Origin: Octopus sinensis
Taxonomy: Eukaryota
Reading direction: 5' to 3'
Assembly: GCF_006345805.1 (NCBI RefSeq)
Contig: NC_042997.1
Coordinates: forward strand, 189,100,001 to 189,164,000
DNA length: 64,000 nucleotides
Shown: positions 1 through 13,147 of the stretch, one piece after another
Layout: each line of letters begins with the position of its first letter
How positions within the stretch are numbered: the first letter of the stretch is position 1
Translations under genes and position numbers: made by a program
The notes under the pieces: model-generated
Databases searched by the model: none
What the model saw: the letters and a program-made list of their open reading frames with translations, nothing else
What the model was told of the DNA's origin: nothing

Positions 1-52
1 TTACAGTTTTGGGGTTAAAGATACATACAAAAGACTGTAAAAATGAAGATGT

Positions 53-455
53 CATCATCATCATTATCATCATCATTATCATCGTTTAACGTCTGCTTTC
101 CATGCTAGCATGGGTTGGACGATTTGACTGAGGACTGGCGAACTAGATGGCTGCACCAGGCTCCAATCTTGATCTAGCAGAGTTTCTACAGCTGGATGCC
201 CTTCCTAACGCCAACCACTCTGAGAGTGTAGAGTATGCTTTTACGTGCCACCGGCACAGGGGCCAGTCAGGCAGTTCTGGCAACGACCTCGCTCGAATCT
301 TTTTACACATGCCATCGGCACAGGTGCCAGTAAGGCGATGCTGGTAACGATCACACTTGAATGGTGCCTTTTACGTGCCACCGGCACGGAAGCCAGTTAG
401 CTGCTCTGGCAATGATCACACTCGGGTGGTGCTCTTAGCACCCTACTAGCATGGG
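53..455 (-). mobile_element. SINE family F3 ((GAT)n tail, probable RTE-type 3' end)
   Basis: Reverse complement of ...ggttggcgttaggaagggcatccagctgtagaaac...aacccatgctagcatggaaagcggacgttaaacgatgatgat; includes degenerate ~60-bp internal units. Confidence 0.85.
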
Positions 456-811
456 GCCACTGCTGTAAATTATCAATTCTGTAGTAAGTCAGAAGTAGTT
501 GCCCAAAGATGCCAGAAATCTAATAAATATTTTAAAATAATTTTATTTAATTTTTCAAAGAAAAAGAAACAAAATAAAATAAATATTAAAATTATCCTTC
601 ACATCCAATGATAAATATATTTTGACTATTTATAGTAAGCTCTTTGCTTTACCAAATATATTTCCTATTCTAGTATTCCAACAGGGTTCTAGTTGTTATT
701 GCAATCTTTATTATGGACAATACTTTTTCCAGCATTAAGGATTAAAACTTCAATCTCCATTTATAACAGTACTATTAACAATAACGATACCTTGAAATCT
801 CATTACTTCAG

Positions 812-910
812 GGAGAGACCAAGGGTTGGTGGAATAGTTTGAATATATTCAGTCAACTTGGAAGGCAGAAGAAGAATGAAATGATACTTCCTGAAGATAA
901 AAATCCTGCT
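812..910 (+). CDS. SEC16: SEC16 coding exon (first in window): GETKGWWNSLNIFSQLGRQKKNEMILPEDKNPA
   Basis: Acceptor ttacttcag|GGA, donor GCT|gtaagt; 99 nt, phase 0/0. KKNEMILPEDKN resembles the SEC16A C-terminal conserved region (human ...KKKTEAYLPDDKNKSIVWDE..., recalled from memory). Confidence 0.9.
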
Positions 911-1057
911 GTAAGTTGCATTAATTATTTATCCTTAGACAGTTTTAAAATTATGTTACAATTTTTTCTCTGGCATGTAGCTGAAGCCAATTAAAGATAA
1001 CTAATTTTTAATGTCTCTTCATCAAATTAGCTAAGTATTTGAATATTTATCAAGTCC

Positions 1058-1250
1058 AAGGTGGTGAGCTGGCAGAATTGTTAGCATGCTGGGCAAAATG
1101 CTTAGCAGTATTTTGTCCTTCATTAAGTTCTGAGTTCAAATTCTGCCAAGGTTGATGCTGCCTTTCATCCTTTCAGGGTTGATAAAATTGATGTAATCAA
1201 ATTAACCCCTCCTCTGAAATTGATGGTCTTGTGCCAACATTTAAAACCAA
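1058..1250 (+). mobile_element. SINE family F1 (tRNA-derived head), CpG-decayed copy
   Basis: ggtggtgagctggcagaattgttagcatgctgggcaaaatg..., B-box-like gagttcaaattc, central gcctttcatcctttcagggttgataaa. Confidence 0.8.
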
Positions 1251-2026
1251 TATTGATCAAGTCCTGTTTTGATTTGGTTGTTTTCATCACAATAAAATAA
1301 AAATGAAATCAAAAGAAATTTTAAGGCCTTTATATATAAATAATTAAACTTTTTGTTATACAATGATTTGTATACTCTCACCTCTAGAAACCTGATAATT
1401 TAAGAGTTGTACTAACAGTTATGATATTAAAATATGACAAGAGTTGTTAGATTATTTTTTTTTAATTAATAAAAACTTTGCTCTTATTTCATTTTTCCTC
1501 TTTAACCCTTTTGTTACACATGGTATTTTGGTATGTGTAGCCAAAAAGGCCGAAGTTTTTTTTTCTGTTGAGATTGAATTTGATGGGTGCATGTAGAAAA
1601 CAAGGGATAAAGTGCTTAAAACTACTTTATTAGTATGTAAAACTATATATATATATATTATATAGTTTGATATTATATCTACTGAAAGACAATCATGGGT
1701 AGACTCTAACACTTCAAAACATGTGTTTCCTTGGACCAATGGAACGACTTCAAAGTCCTTTCAGCTTGTCTCACTTGGACCGATCAATTGGGTGTTGCAA
1801 AAAGGGTTAGATACAATCTTTCAGTTATATTTCATTTTTGGAATGAATACTTTTCTAATAAAAATTCAAATTGAAATACTTGTTTTATTTTGATGAGAAG
1901 CATCTAGTTGTCAAAGCTGATAAATTTGGTAACCAATTTTTTAACAATTTTTCATAGATTGTTGAAGAGAGAACTGAAGATGTATTCATGTTAATTTTTT
2001 TTTTTTAACTCTTGTTTATTTATCAG

Positions 2027-2132
2027 ATTGTGTGGGATGCTGAAAGAAAGAAATGGATCAATACAGGAGAGGAAGAAGAACCAGAAGCTGAGGCTGCTCC
2101 ACCACCTAAAGATACAGATCTAAATAGAAAAC
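2027..2132 (+). CDS. SEC16: SEC16 coding exon: IVWDAERKKWINTGEEEEPEAEAAPPPKDTDLNRK
   Basis: Acceptor tttatcag|ATT, donor AAAC|gtaag; 106 nt, phase 0/1. Carries the IVWD..K.W.N hallmark of the Sec16 C-terminal domain. Confidence 0.92.
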
Positions 2133-2425
2133 GTAAGATTAGATTCCTGATATTTTGATTACAATACTGATATGATAAACTAGTTGTTTACTTACTCCAT
2201 TCATAGAATTTTTAAGATTTATAATTTCAGCATCCTAAATGTTTAATTTCTCTCTACCCCAACCTTCAAAAGTAAAACCAGGCCCTAAAAGAATAAAATT
2301 GGTAGATTATACATGTAGGACTAGAATGGAGATAGTAAGCAATAATTGAAGGTACTTGGAATCTACAAGAGAATATATAAGTCAACATTTAAAACTTCAT
2401 ACATTAAATTAAGAAATTATTTATT

Positions 2426-2912
2426 GAAATCGAAATCAAATTCGATGACTGGCATCCGTGCTAATGGAGCACTAAGTGTACCATATGAGCATGATCGTTG
2501 CCAGAGCAACAAGCTGGCCTCCGTGCCGATGGCACATAAAAAACGCACCATTCAAGTGTGATCATTACCTACGTCGTCTTACTGGCTTTTGTGCTGGTGT
2601 CACGTGAAAAAACATTCGAACGAGGTCGTTGCCAGTGCTGCTGGACTGGCTCCTGTGCAGGTGGCACATAAAAAGCACCATTTGAGCGTGGCCGTCACCA
2701 GTACCGCCTAACTGGCCCTTGTGCCAGTGGCATGTAAAAGCACCCATTACACTCAGAGTGGTTGGCGTTAGGAAGGAAATCCAGCCGTAGAAACTCTGCC
2801 AGATCAGATTGGAGTCTGGTGTAGCCATCTGGTTCGCCAGACCTCAGTCAAATTGTTCAACCCATGCTAGCATGGAAAACGGACGTTAAATGACAACAAT
2901 GATGATGATGAT
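2426..2912 (+). mobile_element. SINE F3
   Basis: Internal gtggcacataaaaagcacc units, the ggttggcgttaggaagg core and a (GAT)n tail. Confidence 0.85.
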
Positions 2913-2934
2913 TTATATAATGCAGTTGTCTAGG

Positions 2935-3105
2935 TACAGGCATGCCCATATGCAGTTGTGGCTCTGTAGTCAAGGAGCTTGCTTTTCAGCCATGTAGTTT
3001 TGGTTTCTACTGTGTGACACTTTGGGCATGTATCTTCTTCTATAGACCCAGGCTCTCCAAAGCTTTGTGAATGCATTTGATAGATGGAAACTGAAAGATG
3101 CCCAT
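2935..3105 (-). mobile_element. SINE F2 5' half (tRNA head + CORE-like), degraded
   Basis: Reverse complement matches the F2 head ggcatggctgtgtggtaag...ttgggcaagtgtcttctactatag. Confidence 0.65.
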
Positions 3106-3689
3106 CATATATTTTGTGTTTGCGTGTGTCTTTGTGTATGAGTATAGACAGACATGCACCCACAGACATGCATGTATGCATTTTTGATGGTGGCTGTTTA
3201 ACTTCAGTCCTATCCTTATCAAGTAAACTAAAGGAAGAAAACATAACATATATAAGTATATTATCCAATATTGAAGATTTGGATGCTATTTCTAGCAAGT
3301 GGAGCCATTGCATGACTTTTGTGGGCAGTTTTGAGATTGGAAAGTACATTTCTGTTGAATGAATGCACTTCATCTCTTTGTTATAACCTGAAGTTTTTAC
3401 CCTAGCCAGTAACTTGAGGGTTAGACCATGTCATGAGGATTTATTATTAATTAGCTATATGAAGATAAAATCTTTATTTTGATCTGAAAGACCATTAAAA
3501 TTTGCTGGGCAATTGTAATATAAAAAACATTATCTCCCTTGGAATATATTTTACAAAGTTGTCTCCCTTAAACAACTAGCTTGCTTTCACACCCGAATTA
3601 TTTAATAAGTGAGTAACAGCAACAACGACACAACGATAATTTCTTTATTAACAATAAGGGCTCACAGAAAAGAAGGACAGTATTAAAGA

Positions 3690-4730
3690 CAATATGTAAA
3701 CATAGTGGGTTGTATTATGAAGTGCATGTAAAAAAAAGGAGTAAAAAAAATAAGTAAAGAGAAAATTCCAACAAGGAGTCCCTGCAGAAAGATAATGAAT
3801 ATCTCACAGAACCTACATCACTCTGTTCCATGAATGTAAGCACCCTCTCTTAGTTTTCCTGTCTATAGATGCACGCTCAGAGCTAACCTGTTCATTTGGG
3901 CTTTGTTCACTACTCTCACCTACCTTAAAAATTTACTGGAGGGTTGTATTTTCTGCTCCACCCTCACCTTCCTTTCCAAATGGCATTTGGGAAAGTTAAT
4001 GATGGTTTGGCCAAAGAGGGACATATCCATTTTTAGTCTTCGAATCTTTTCCACCACACTGTCTCTTTTGTGAAAGCCACCAGACGGATAAACTCAGCCA
4101 ATAGCTGGATCTGTTCTGCACAGAATAGCAGTTGTTTGATGAAACTTCACAAGCCAGTGATGTATGAACTCCATAAGAATGTGTGCAGAATGGTTTTGTC
4201 TCTATATGTTTCTTAGGTCTGATTGACAGCACTTCTACACTGCTAGGGTTTATCTCAAACAAGCAATACCCGCTCCACCATAGAACAACCATCCCAGGGG
4301 CTTCTGGTCCTAGATTGAAAGTTCTCTCAAACATACTTTCAGTTGATTCTTGACACTTGGAGTTTCTCTGAAAACATTGTCATTCTTTTCCACCTCTAAT
4401 CCCTTATAGCATGCCAAACATGGAACCACCATTAACTGCAATTCTTGACTGAAATAGGGCCATGAGTGTTTGACAACAGCCAAGATACCAAGTGTCCAGT
4501 ATAGGTTTTTGCTTGATCCAGGACAGCAACACTGCCAAAGAAACAAGTAGTAGTATCAGCACATGTCTGTACATTATTAGTCACAGCATATCCCGTTATC
4601 CATGCAGAGGATGCTGTCAGTAGATGGACTGTCCAACCAGTGAAATGCATTCTCTTCACAAGAAGAAAAAGAATGGATGCTCTAATCTAGTAAGATGAGA
4701 GCTGTGGCAAGGCATGACAGTCAGGCATTA
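3690..4730 (-). mobile_element. Degenerate L1/Tx1-like LINE ORF2 3' fragment
   Basis: Minus-strand translation with stops and frameshifts gives ...DKTILHTFL..FIKQLL..AEFIRLVAFTKETVWWKR.. and ..FKCHLERKVRVEQK.., resembling the C-terminal region of L1/Tx1-clade ORF2. Confidence 0.45.
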
Positions 4731-5684
4731 ATGTAATTACAGTGTCAGTATAGGCATTCAAAGGTTCAAAGCTTTATGTTAGGAGTTATTTTGGGGCTGG
4801 GTACAGTCAGTGAAATGAAAACCAGTACTTAACTGGTATTTATTTCCTTGATCCCTAAAGGAGGAAAAATAAAATCAGCCCCTGTAGGGTCTGAACTAAG
4901 AACAGAAAGCAACATACCTAAATACTGCTAAGCTGTCTCTCTATTCTAATTGCTCTTCCATTCTGGTCATTCACTGCTTCCTGATAAGGGTTCTCTACAT
5001 GGTCATGCAACCTTTTAGAAATAGCAACCTAATCTTTTTCCAACCACACCTTGACTGATTTAAAAAAAGGAAGGACACATTGAACAATGTAAATGTAACA
5101 ACTGGTTAAAGTAGAAATAGAACAGATGGTCACTGTTAGAATGCCTTTGATCAAAGGTCTGTTTGACCAGAGTTGACTTGGGGCTAAACAACGAGAGGCA
5201 TAAATTATGTAATTACGATGCTAATGTGGTATGATTGATTTGGATAAAAAAAAATACATAATCCATGTAATAATTCCCATAATAAGAAACACTGGAAACA
5301 AACGAAAATGTGTAAGTAGTTTATTTGGAGAAACGAATGGAAGCAGTGATGTAATGAAGTAATAGTCATGATTAGTTAGCATTTACTCTTATTTTAACAT
5401 ACTTCTGTTGAAATACACTGCTTTTGTTTCAGTTAATTTTGAAAATGATAAAGAATTTAGTAAAATAACTTTGTTGTTTTTAAGCTGGTGTAAAGACCCC
5501 TTTTGGTCATGAATGACCATGGGATTGCACCTGGAAGAACACCTTTCATTTTGAAACCAAAGATAGTTGTTTTTCTTCTGGCACTGACTTAAGCTGCTCG
5601 CAGTTAGATCTCCTTTGTTATTTGGTTTGGGTTTAAAAGTTCAAAGTGGACTAAACCTTTCATATCCCACCAAACAGATAACAA

Positions 5685-6426
5685 CTTACGTGGGTGAAGA
5701 CCTTCTTTAGCCTGGGATGCTGGTGTTTCTCCTTTCATTACCCACTGTCTTCAGCACTTGGCATTTTTATAGAGACCCTAATTCTTGTCACCAGTCACTA
5801 TTCAGTCCAAAAAGGTTCATTCGTGAGACGTGGCAGCTAAGAAGAGCACACATTCATGCTCTATGTGCAATTAGACTCGGATAGTTTATGAGGAACCCAT
5901 TGACCCAATTTGCTAACTTTTCTGATGGCACACAGGTGTGATGAATGGTTGAATGACCAAATCCAAAGTTCTCTGCTAGTTCCTCAACAGTTATGATGGG
6001 GTTTTGTTCCACGAGGTTTTGCAGGATGTCCTTGTGGAGCTCTACAGATCTTCCAGGATGAGGCTCGTCTTCTAGGCTGTAGTTTCTGGCTTGGAATTTC
6101 TGGCTCCACCATTGATACTGGCTTATGCTTGTTGTCCAATCCCCATATAATGCATTAATATTCCTTGCACTTTCCGTTGCGCTGTTGCCTTTATTGAACT
6201 CATAAAGCAAAATATGCTGAATATGCTCCTTTGCCACTTCCATTATAGCTTTGAAAAAATAAGTATTAAAATCGAACTGCAGTCTTCAAAACTTGCACCA
6301 AGAATAAGTACAAGGTAAAATTACCTGCAATTATAGTAAAGTTGTTGCAGCTAGTTTATCCTGTCCTTCTCCAACTTTTAGTTCATGCACTTGAAAAAAC
6401 TACATTATTTATGGGATGACCCAATA
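5685..6426 (-). mobile_element. Tc1/mariner transposon relic (5' TIR plus N-terminal transposase, 3' truncated)
   Basis: ORF 5854-6243 (MEVAKEHIQHILLYEFNKG...SLEDEPHPGRS...ITVEELAE) is a mariner paired-HTH region. The frameshifted continuation reads IVTGDKN..LYKN..QW...EGLHPRK. A TIR-like tattgggtcatcccataaataatgtagtttt lies at ~6396-6426. Confidence 0.9.
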
Positions 6427-7352
6427 TAAATATTTTTTATCTAATTCTTGTAGAGTACCTGTTTAATCTTTACTTTTTTAGAATTTTCATTTTGGGATAT
6501 GTATTTTTGATCCAGATTTATCATACCACCTTAAAATTATGATTGCACACTACTTGTTGTTGAATTCCAAGTCAAACTTGTCCTGACAGACTTATGCTCA
6601 AAATCATTTCAGCCATGTCTATCTGTATTTTCTAGAACTGTATCATCTGATATGTCTTTTTTCTATGATGGTTGGATGTGGTTTGAGAGAGGTTTGGCTG
6701 CTATTTCAGTAAGTCAAATTAGCATTGTAGAGTCTCCCTTGCTATTTTGCAATTGTAACCTATCAGATTTGAAAATAGCCCAAAAATTTCTGTTATAATT
6801 TTGGATGTGTTTTACCATCATTTGAGGGAAGTCATAAGTACCACTTAGAAAGGTCATAAAGTAGTGCTCCAATTAACTAAACAAACAAATCAATGTGAAA
6901 TAGCTATGGAGAGCTATTTATGCTGAATATATCATTCCATTATCTAATTCTTTTTATACCAGCAGAAAGTTTATATAGGACTCTGGTGTGGAGTAAAAAG
7001 GAGAAATTGAAAAAAAAAAATGCATCTTCAGAAAATATCTGCAGTAAATATATCTTCTATAGGATTATGGCAAATCTGCAATTGATGTTGTTAAAACATA
7101 CTATTTCAAATCAAATAAATTATGATATCAAGACAGCCAGAGATGTATGTGTCCATTTCTTTATTTTGAAAAACGAAAACAAAGAAACTGCTTTACATTA
7201 AATCATCAACTGGACTAAGTATTAGAAAATTTTATACTTAAGTTTCAGTATAGTAATTATTTTATATGGATATGCCTCTCTCTGATCACACGGTGAGTGT
7301 GTACCTACCTAAACACCTCTCTCTCATAATTCCCTTCTTTCTTGTTTTCCAG

Positions 7353-7418
7353 CATCTATTCCTCAAGCAGGTCCTCCACCGCCTACTGGGAATAAGTTTT
7401 CCTTATCCAGGGTTCGAG
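7353..7418 (+). CDS. SEC16: SEC16 coding exon: (P)SIPQAGPPPPTGNKFSLSRVR(G)
   Basis: Polypyrimidine tract cttctttcttgttttccag|, donor CGAG|gtaagt; 66 nt, phase 1/1. Pro-rich segment plus N.FS motif, as in SEC16A. Confidence 0.85.
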
Positions 7419-7804
7419 GTAAGTACTTTCCCTTCCATTAACAATGTTTATCAGATTCGTTGTTACAACTGACAATCTTTCCATTCATTCAAGTTGATAG
7501 CTTCTTACATTTGCTTTCCTTTTAATAAATTAAACCAGTCATTTACTCATCTAAGCTCCAAGTACAGATTCTGGAAAGCTTTTACTCTCAATGTCTGGAC
7601 AGTGTGATAAAATTGACCACCAGCTAACTCCTACATAGATGAGTTACTGAAATGACCCAGTATTACATTGTCACCCTTGTATACGGAAATATAATATTGT
7701 ATTAGCTTGTCATAAGGTTTCACTATTTGCAGAACTTTAAATATATATCATAGTCTAACAGCATTCTCCTTTGTATCAAATTTCTGCCTGTAATGAGCAA
7801 ATAC

Positions 7805-9835
7805 AGGTGCAGGCATGGCTGTGTGGTAAGAAGTTCACTTTCCAACCACATGGTTCCGGGTTCAGTCCCACTGCATGCCACCTCAAGCAAGTGTCTTCTA
7901 CTATAGTTTTGGGCTGACCAAAGTCTTGTGAGTGGATTTGGTAGACAGAAGCTAAAAGAAGCCTGTTGTCATCATCATCATCATCATCGTTTAACATCTG
8001 CTTTCCATGCTGGCATTTGCTGGACAGTTTGACTGAGGACTGGCGAGCCAGATGGCTGCACCAGGCTCCAATCTTGATCTGGCAGAGTTTCTACAGCTGG
8101 ATGCCCTTCCTAACGCCAACCACTCCGAGAGTGTAGTGGGTGCTTTTACGTGCCACCAGTACGAGGGCCAGTCAGGCTGTTCTGGTGAAAGCCATGCTCA
8201 AATGGTGTTTTTTATGTGCCACCCGCACAGGAGCCAGTCCAGCGGCCTCGCTCAAATGTTGTTTTTCACGTGCCAATAAGACGATGCTGGTAATGATCAC
8301 ACTTGAATAGTGCTTTTTATGTGCACACACACACATATATATATGTATCGAAATCGAATTGAACCAGCCAGGATCCCTGGTCTGGTGGTACGTAAAGCAC
8401 TATCCGACTCGTGGCCGTGGCACGTAAAATACTCCAATGCGACCGTACGACAGGCACCCTTGCCAACCCCCTTTGCTTGTGAAGACATGTTGGGGCAAGC
8501 AAAATCGAAATCGAATTGAACCAGCCAGGATCCCTGGTCTGGTGGTACGTAAAGCACTATCCGACTCGTGGCCGTGGCACGTAAAATACTCCAATGCGAC
8601 CGTACGACAGGCACCCTTGCCAACCCCCTTTGCTTGTGAAGACATGTTGGGGCAAGCAAAATCGAAATCGAATTGAACCAGCCAGTATCCCTGGTCTGGT
8701 GGTACGTAAAAAGCACTATCCGACTCGTGGCCGATGCCAGCACCGCCTCGACTGGCTTTCGTGCCGGTGGCACATAAAATACACCAATCTGACCGTGGCC
8801 GTTGCCAGCCCCGCCTGTCACCTGTGCAGGTGGCACGTAAAAAGCACCCACTACACTCACGGAGTGGTTGGCGTTAGGAAGGGCATCCAGCTGTAGAAAC
8901 ATTGCCAAATTAGACTGGAGCCTGGTGCAGCCTTCTGGCTTCCCAGAACCCCGGTCGAACCGTCCAACCCATGCTAGCATGGAGAACGGACGTTAAACGA
9001 CGATGATGATGATGATGATGATGGACTCTTGCATCGAAGACGATGTATCAGTCTTCATCTTGCCAAACAACCTGCACAAATGATTTGTTTATAGTGATCA
9101 AATGTTTGTGCAGCACATTAGCTCACTCTCTCCATCAAATCAACATTGTCTGAACAGGTGCGCTGTGTACCATGTGATTACAAAGCAACCTGAGATGAAG
9201 TGTTTTGCTCAAGAACACAATGCACCACCTGACCTAGGCATTGAAGCCATGATCTTGTGATCGTGAGTGCAACATCCTAACCACTAGACCATGTGCCCTC
9301 ATATATATGTATATTTATAGAGAGATGCAGCATGGAATTTTGTGTGTGAACAGGTTGCAGTCTCAAAGCGATGAAAATATTTTGGCAAATTAAATTTAAA
9401 TGTTGAAGTGAATCTAACGGATTTTGTGTGTTTCTTTAATGGCTTATAAACACCTTCCACGCTGCAATTGTTTTCGTTCCAGCAAACAATCTCAGATCTG
9501 GTCACTTGCTATGCAAGTACATCCTCTCTCTTTCTCTCATATATATATATATATATACACACTTATATATATGTGTGTGTATGTATACACACACACACAC
9601 ACACACATATATATATGTAAGTGTGTATGTCTGTTTGTCCCCTCTCACCACTTGGACAATCAGTGTTGGTTTGTTTATGTCCCTGTAACTTAGCAGTTCA
9701 GTAAAAGAGGATAATAAATAAGTACCTGTCTTTAAAAAAAAAATTAGTACTGGGGTTGATTCATTTGACTAAAATTCATGAATGCGGTGCTCCAGCATGG
9801 CCCCAGTCTAATGACTGAAACGAGTAAAAGCCAAG
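7805..9835 (+). mobile_element. Nested SINE cluster: F2 5' half (7805-7968) and 3' half (~9620-9835) enclosing F3(-) 7970-8312, F3(+) 8347-9022 and a tRNA/CORE SINE(-) ~9030-9299
   Basis: The F2 head stops at gaagcctgttgt, where its internal microsatellite normally begins. The F2 3' half (tttgtccc...gactgaaacgagtaaaag) resumes after a (TA)/(CA) tract at ~9540-9620. Confidence 0.7.
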
Positions 9836-10877
9836 AGGTAAAATATAGTCCAAGTTGATGTAGTTACCCCACATTTCACTCTTCATCTTTGCAATTACTA
9901 AAGTTTTAAATGTGTTTTAATTTAGAACAAATAAGGCCTGATATATTGCCACCGTTGTTTTGTTTGTTGTGTCTTTGTCAAAGTTATGTTACATTGGTGG
10001 TAATCACTCCAGTAAACTAGTTGTTATTGTAGCTACATTCTGTCTGGAATGCAAATTGCATGTTTTGTAATCCAAAAAAAAAAAGAAAAAAAATTGTCAA
10101 AAGAGAGGAAGTTTGGCAAGCTTGTATATTCTCAAATTGTAATTACCATGGAAAAGAACAATACCATTGGTCCTTTTCTGTTATTAATTTTTGACATTAA
10201 GGTTTCTCTCTATTTAGTTATTTATTCGTTGTATATCATGAGGTTGGCAGATGACTAATTAATATAGTAACTGCTGTTCAGCAGAAAAGGGGTCAACTAA
10301 TTGGGATATTAAGGTTAGGAAATTGCATTACTATTGCATATTGCTGTGCATATTTTTATTTTTTTTTCTCTTTTTATAAGGCTCTAAACCACATTTCTTT
10401 TTTTCTTATACATACAGCTTAACTTTTTCTAATGCAGCAATAATTCTAATCTTTTGATGATTACTGCTACCCTAGTTATCTTCTTGTTGAAGCAGTCCTA
10501 TCACAATTAATATTTCACACTCCTTTTATTGTGTGCTTGAATACTTTGGTACTCTGCTACTCCCTAATAATCTAGTCATCAAAAAGCACTCACATTCTTC
10601 TTAAATAAAGTTTTTTATTTTCTAAAAAAATTTCACCTTACCTGTTGTATGTGTTTATATTCCTGCTTGTTTTTTTATTCTGTCACTTTCTTGATGAATA
10701 ACAACCAATTGTTATTTCGTGAAAATTACAAAAGAAACTGTTGTTTGTGTAAATCTAGGTTTAAAAGTCTGAATATCTTGCTTTCATAATTAACTTGTTT
10801 CTATACTCACTAAACTTCATAATAGATCTTACTGAATTTTATTTCTCATAAATGATGTTGCAAACTGGGATCTAGAA

Positions 10878-11389
10878 TACCATAAATCTTCGAGTATAAT
10901 CTACATTTTTTCCCCAAAATTTAAGGATCAAAATCCCTGGTGCGTACTATATACGAGGCTAAAAATGAAAATTATTTTCTAAGCAATGTCCGAGTCTCTA
11001 TTTACTGTCTGGCTATGTTTATTCAGACGCATTTTGTGATGTCGGGTGTGAAAATACCTTAAGTTAAGCCTGAAAGCAATGAAGTCATAAAAGAATCATC
11101 CATAACTTGCAGTAAGCAACATTTATTAAACGTTATTACTGTTATTTCTTTATTTTCTGCAAACAAAATGCACAAAATAGCTACATGTTTGTATTATGTT
11201 ATATATACAATAATAATTAAGAACGTTACCATGTACATTTTTACAAACCAAGGACGTTATATAGACCTCCTTGACTCAGGTTAGAGAAGGGGTATTATAC
11301 ACAAGGTTTAGGTTTTTCAGAGGTACAGCCCCCTAAACATCCCCTGTGTATTATACTCAAGGGTGGACTATACTTGAGTATTTACAGTA
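10878..11389. mobile_element. Tc2/pogo-like MITE, copy 1 (CpG-decayed)
   Basis: TIRs taccataaatcttcgagtataatct / tggactatacttgagtatttacagta; colinear with the copy at 45105-45626. Confidence 0.8.
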
Positions 11390-11848
11390 ATATACTGCAA
11401 CAGTTTTTAAAAATCCTTAACATTTAGGGACAGGTGTGGCTGTGAGGTAAGAAGTTTGCTTCCCAACCACATGGTTTCAGGTTCAGTTCCATTGACTAAA
11501 ATTCTACAAATAGAAGTTTAGTCGAATGGATCAACTCCAATACTTTTTCTTAAGCTTTTTACCAAACCACTAAGTTACAAGGACATAAACACACCAACAT
11601 TGTTTGTCAAGCAGTGATGGGGGATAAACAAACACACACACACACACAATGGGCTTTCAGTTTCTGTCAACCAAATCCACTCACAAGTCTTTGGTCAGCT
11701 TGGGGCTATAGTTGAAGACACTTACCCAAAGTGCCACACAGTGGAACTTGGCTACAATCAAATAACTGGCAAATGACCAAATGAATAAAGATATATAAGT
11801 ACCTTATTTTTATTTATTTATTAATGTTTATTTATTTATTTATTAATG

Positions 11849-12037
11849 GTCCCAGTGGCATGTAAAAAGCATCCACTACACTCTCGGAGTGATTGGTGTT
11901 AGGAAGGGCATCCAGCTGTAGAAACTCTGCGAGATCAAGATTGGAGCCTGGTGCAGCCATCTGGTTTGCCAGCCCTCAGTCAAAATCGTCCAACCCATGC
12001 TAGCATGGAAAGCGGACATTAAACGATGATGATGATG
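11849..12037 (+). mobile_element. SINE F3 (3' portion); a further short F3 tail at ~12187-12272
   Basis: gtgattggtgttaggaagggcatccagctg...catgctagcatggaaagcggacattaaacgatgatgatgat. Confidence 0.85.
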
Positions 12038-12654
12038 TTGTTATACTTGTAACAATTACCTCTTGATATTTACAAATGTGTTTGACACAACTGCATCTTC
12101 AGTTACATCCTAACTGTCACTTAGCCTTTACATATGTATTTTTATTAACACACTCACATACATGCTCATCCCAACATCAAACTCGAACCTGGTGCAGCTC
12201 TCTGGCTCACTGGTTCCAGTCAAGGCATCTAATCTATGCTAGCATGGAAAGCGGACGTTAAATGATGATGACCATGGAGATGATGATTCATACATATATA
12301 CAGAAGAGCTTAGCATTTTTCTCTTCTTATATTTAAATACAATTCAAAACGCTTCAAACAAATGCAGAGAGAGAGAAAGAAAGAAAGAAAAGAGCTTATG
12401 ATGCAGTGATGTCACAAACTTTGCTGTCTTGATATTTTTCCCTTTTCTTTCCTTCATGTTTAACTCTCCATAGCCCTTTCAGCCTTTTTTTTGTGTGTTT
12501 CTTTTATCAGTTTTATTCACCCTCTCTCTTCATAGAATCTTTTGTTTTTATCTATCTCTGCCTCCCTGTTCCCCACCACTCATGTTTTAGTGTTACACAA
12601 TAGGTACACAGATAGGAAGAAATTTTTGTATTAGTATTTAGATATTCATCAGCA

Positions 12655-12965
12655 TCATTTGCTATGGCAAAGAACAAATCAAGTTTCGATTAGGGAGCAA
12701 ATATTTAAGAAAAAGTGGAAGTGGATTGGTAGCACAATTAGAAAAGACACACCAAATGTAGCGAAAAGTGCTTTACAGTGGAAACCGGATGGATACAGAA
12801 AGAGAGGTAGGCCTAAGAACCCGTGGCGTCGATCAACACAAAAGGAACTACAGAAAGGGGAACATTCATGGCAGAGTATAAGTACAGAAGCGAAAAATTA
12901 TGTGACATGGGATTCGGTTATAAGTGGTCTATACTCCGCGTTGGAGGGTTAAAGGCATAAAGAAG
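12655..12965 (+). mobile_element. RTE-clade LINE 3' fragment (ORF C-terminus)
   Basis: LWQRTNQVSIREQIFKKKWKWIGSTIRKDTPNVAKSALQWKPDGYRKRGRPKNPWRR is the typical RTE/SR2-like C-terminal WxWIGHTLR...W.P.G.R.RGRP motif. Confidence 0.85.
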
Positions 12966-13147
12966 ATATCCTATTTAGATATTCTGCTAGTGTTAACCAA
13001 TTAAAATCTCATTTTTTAAATTCATGTTGTCATGAATTTTGATTTATATTTTCATTTAGATATATATAGTTTAAGCACCAACCAAACCAGTCAAATATGG
13101 ATAGCTTAAAAACCAGCCAAATATACAGTTACTGATTCAGCTGGTGT

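Noticed and set aside
8297-8980. 227-aa minus-strand ORF and neighbours
   Set aside because: Entirely within SINE F3 and its 157-bp duplication.
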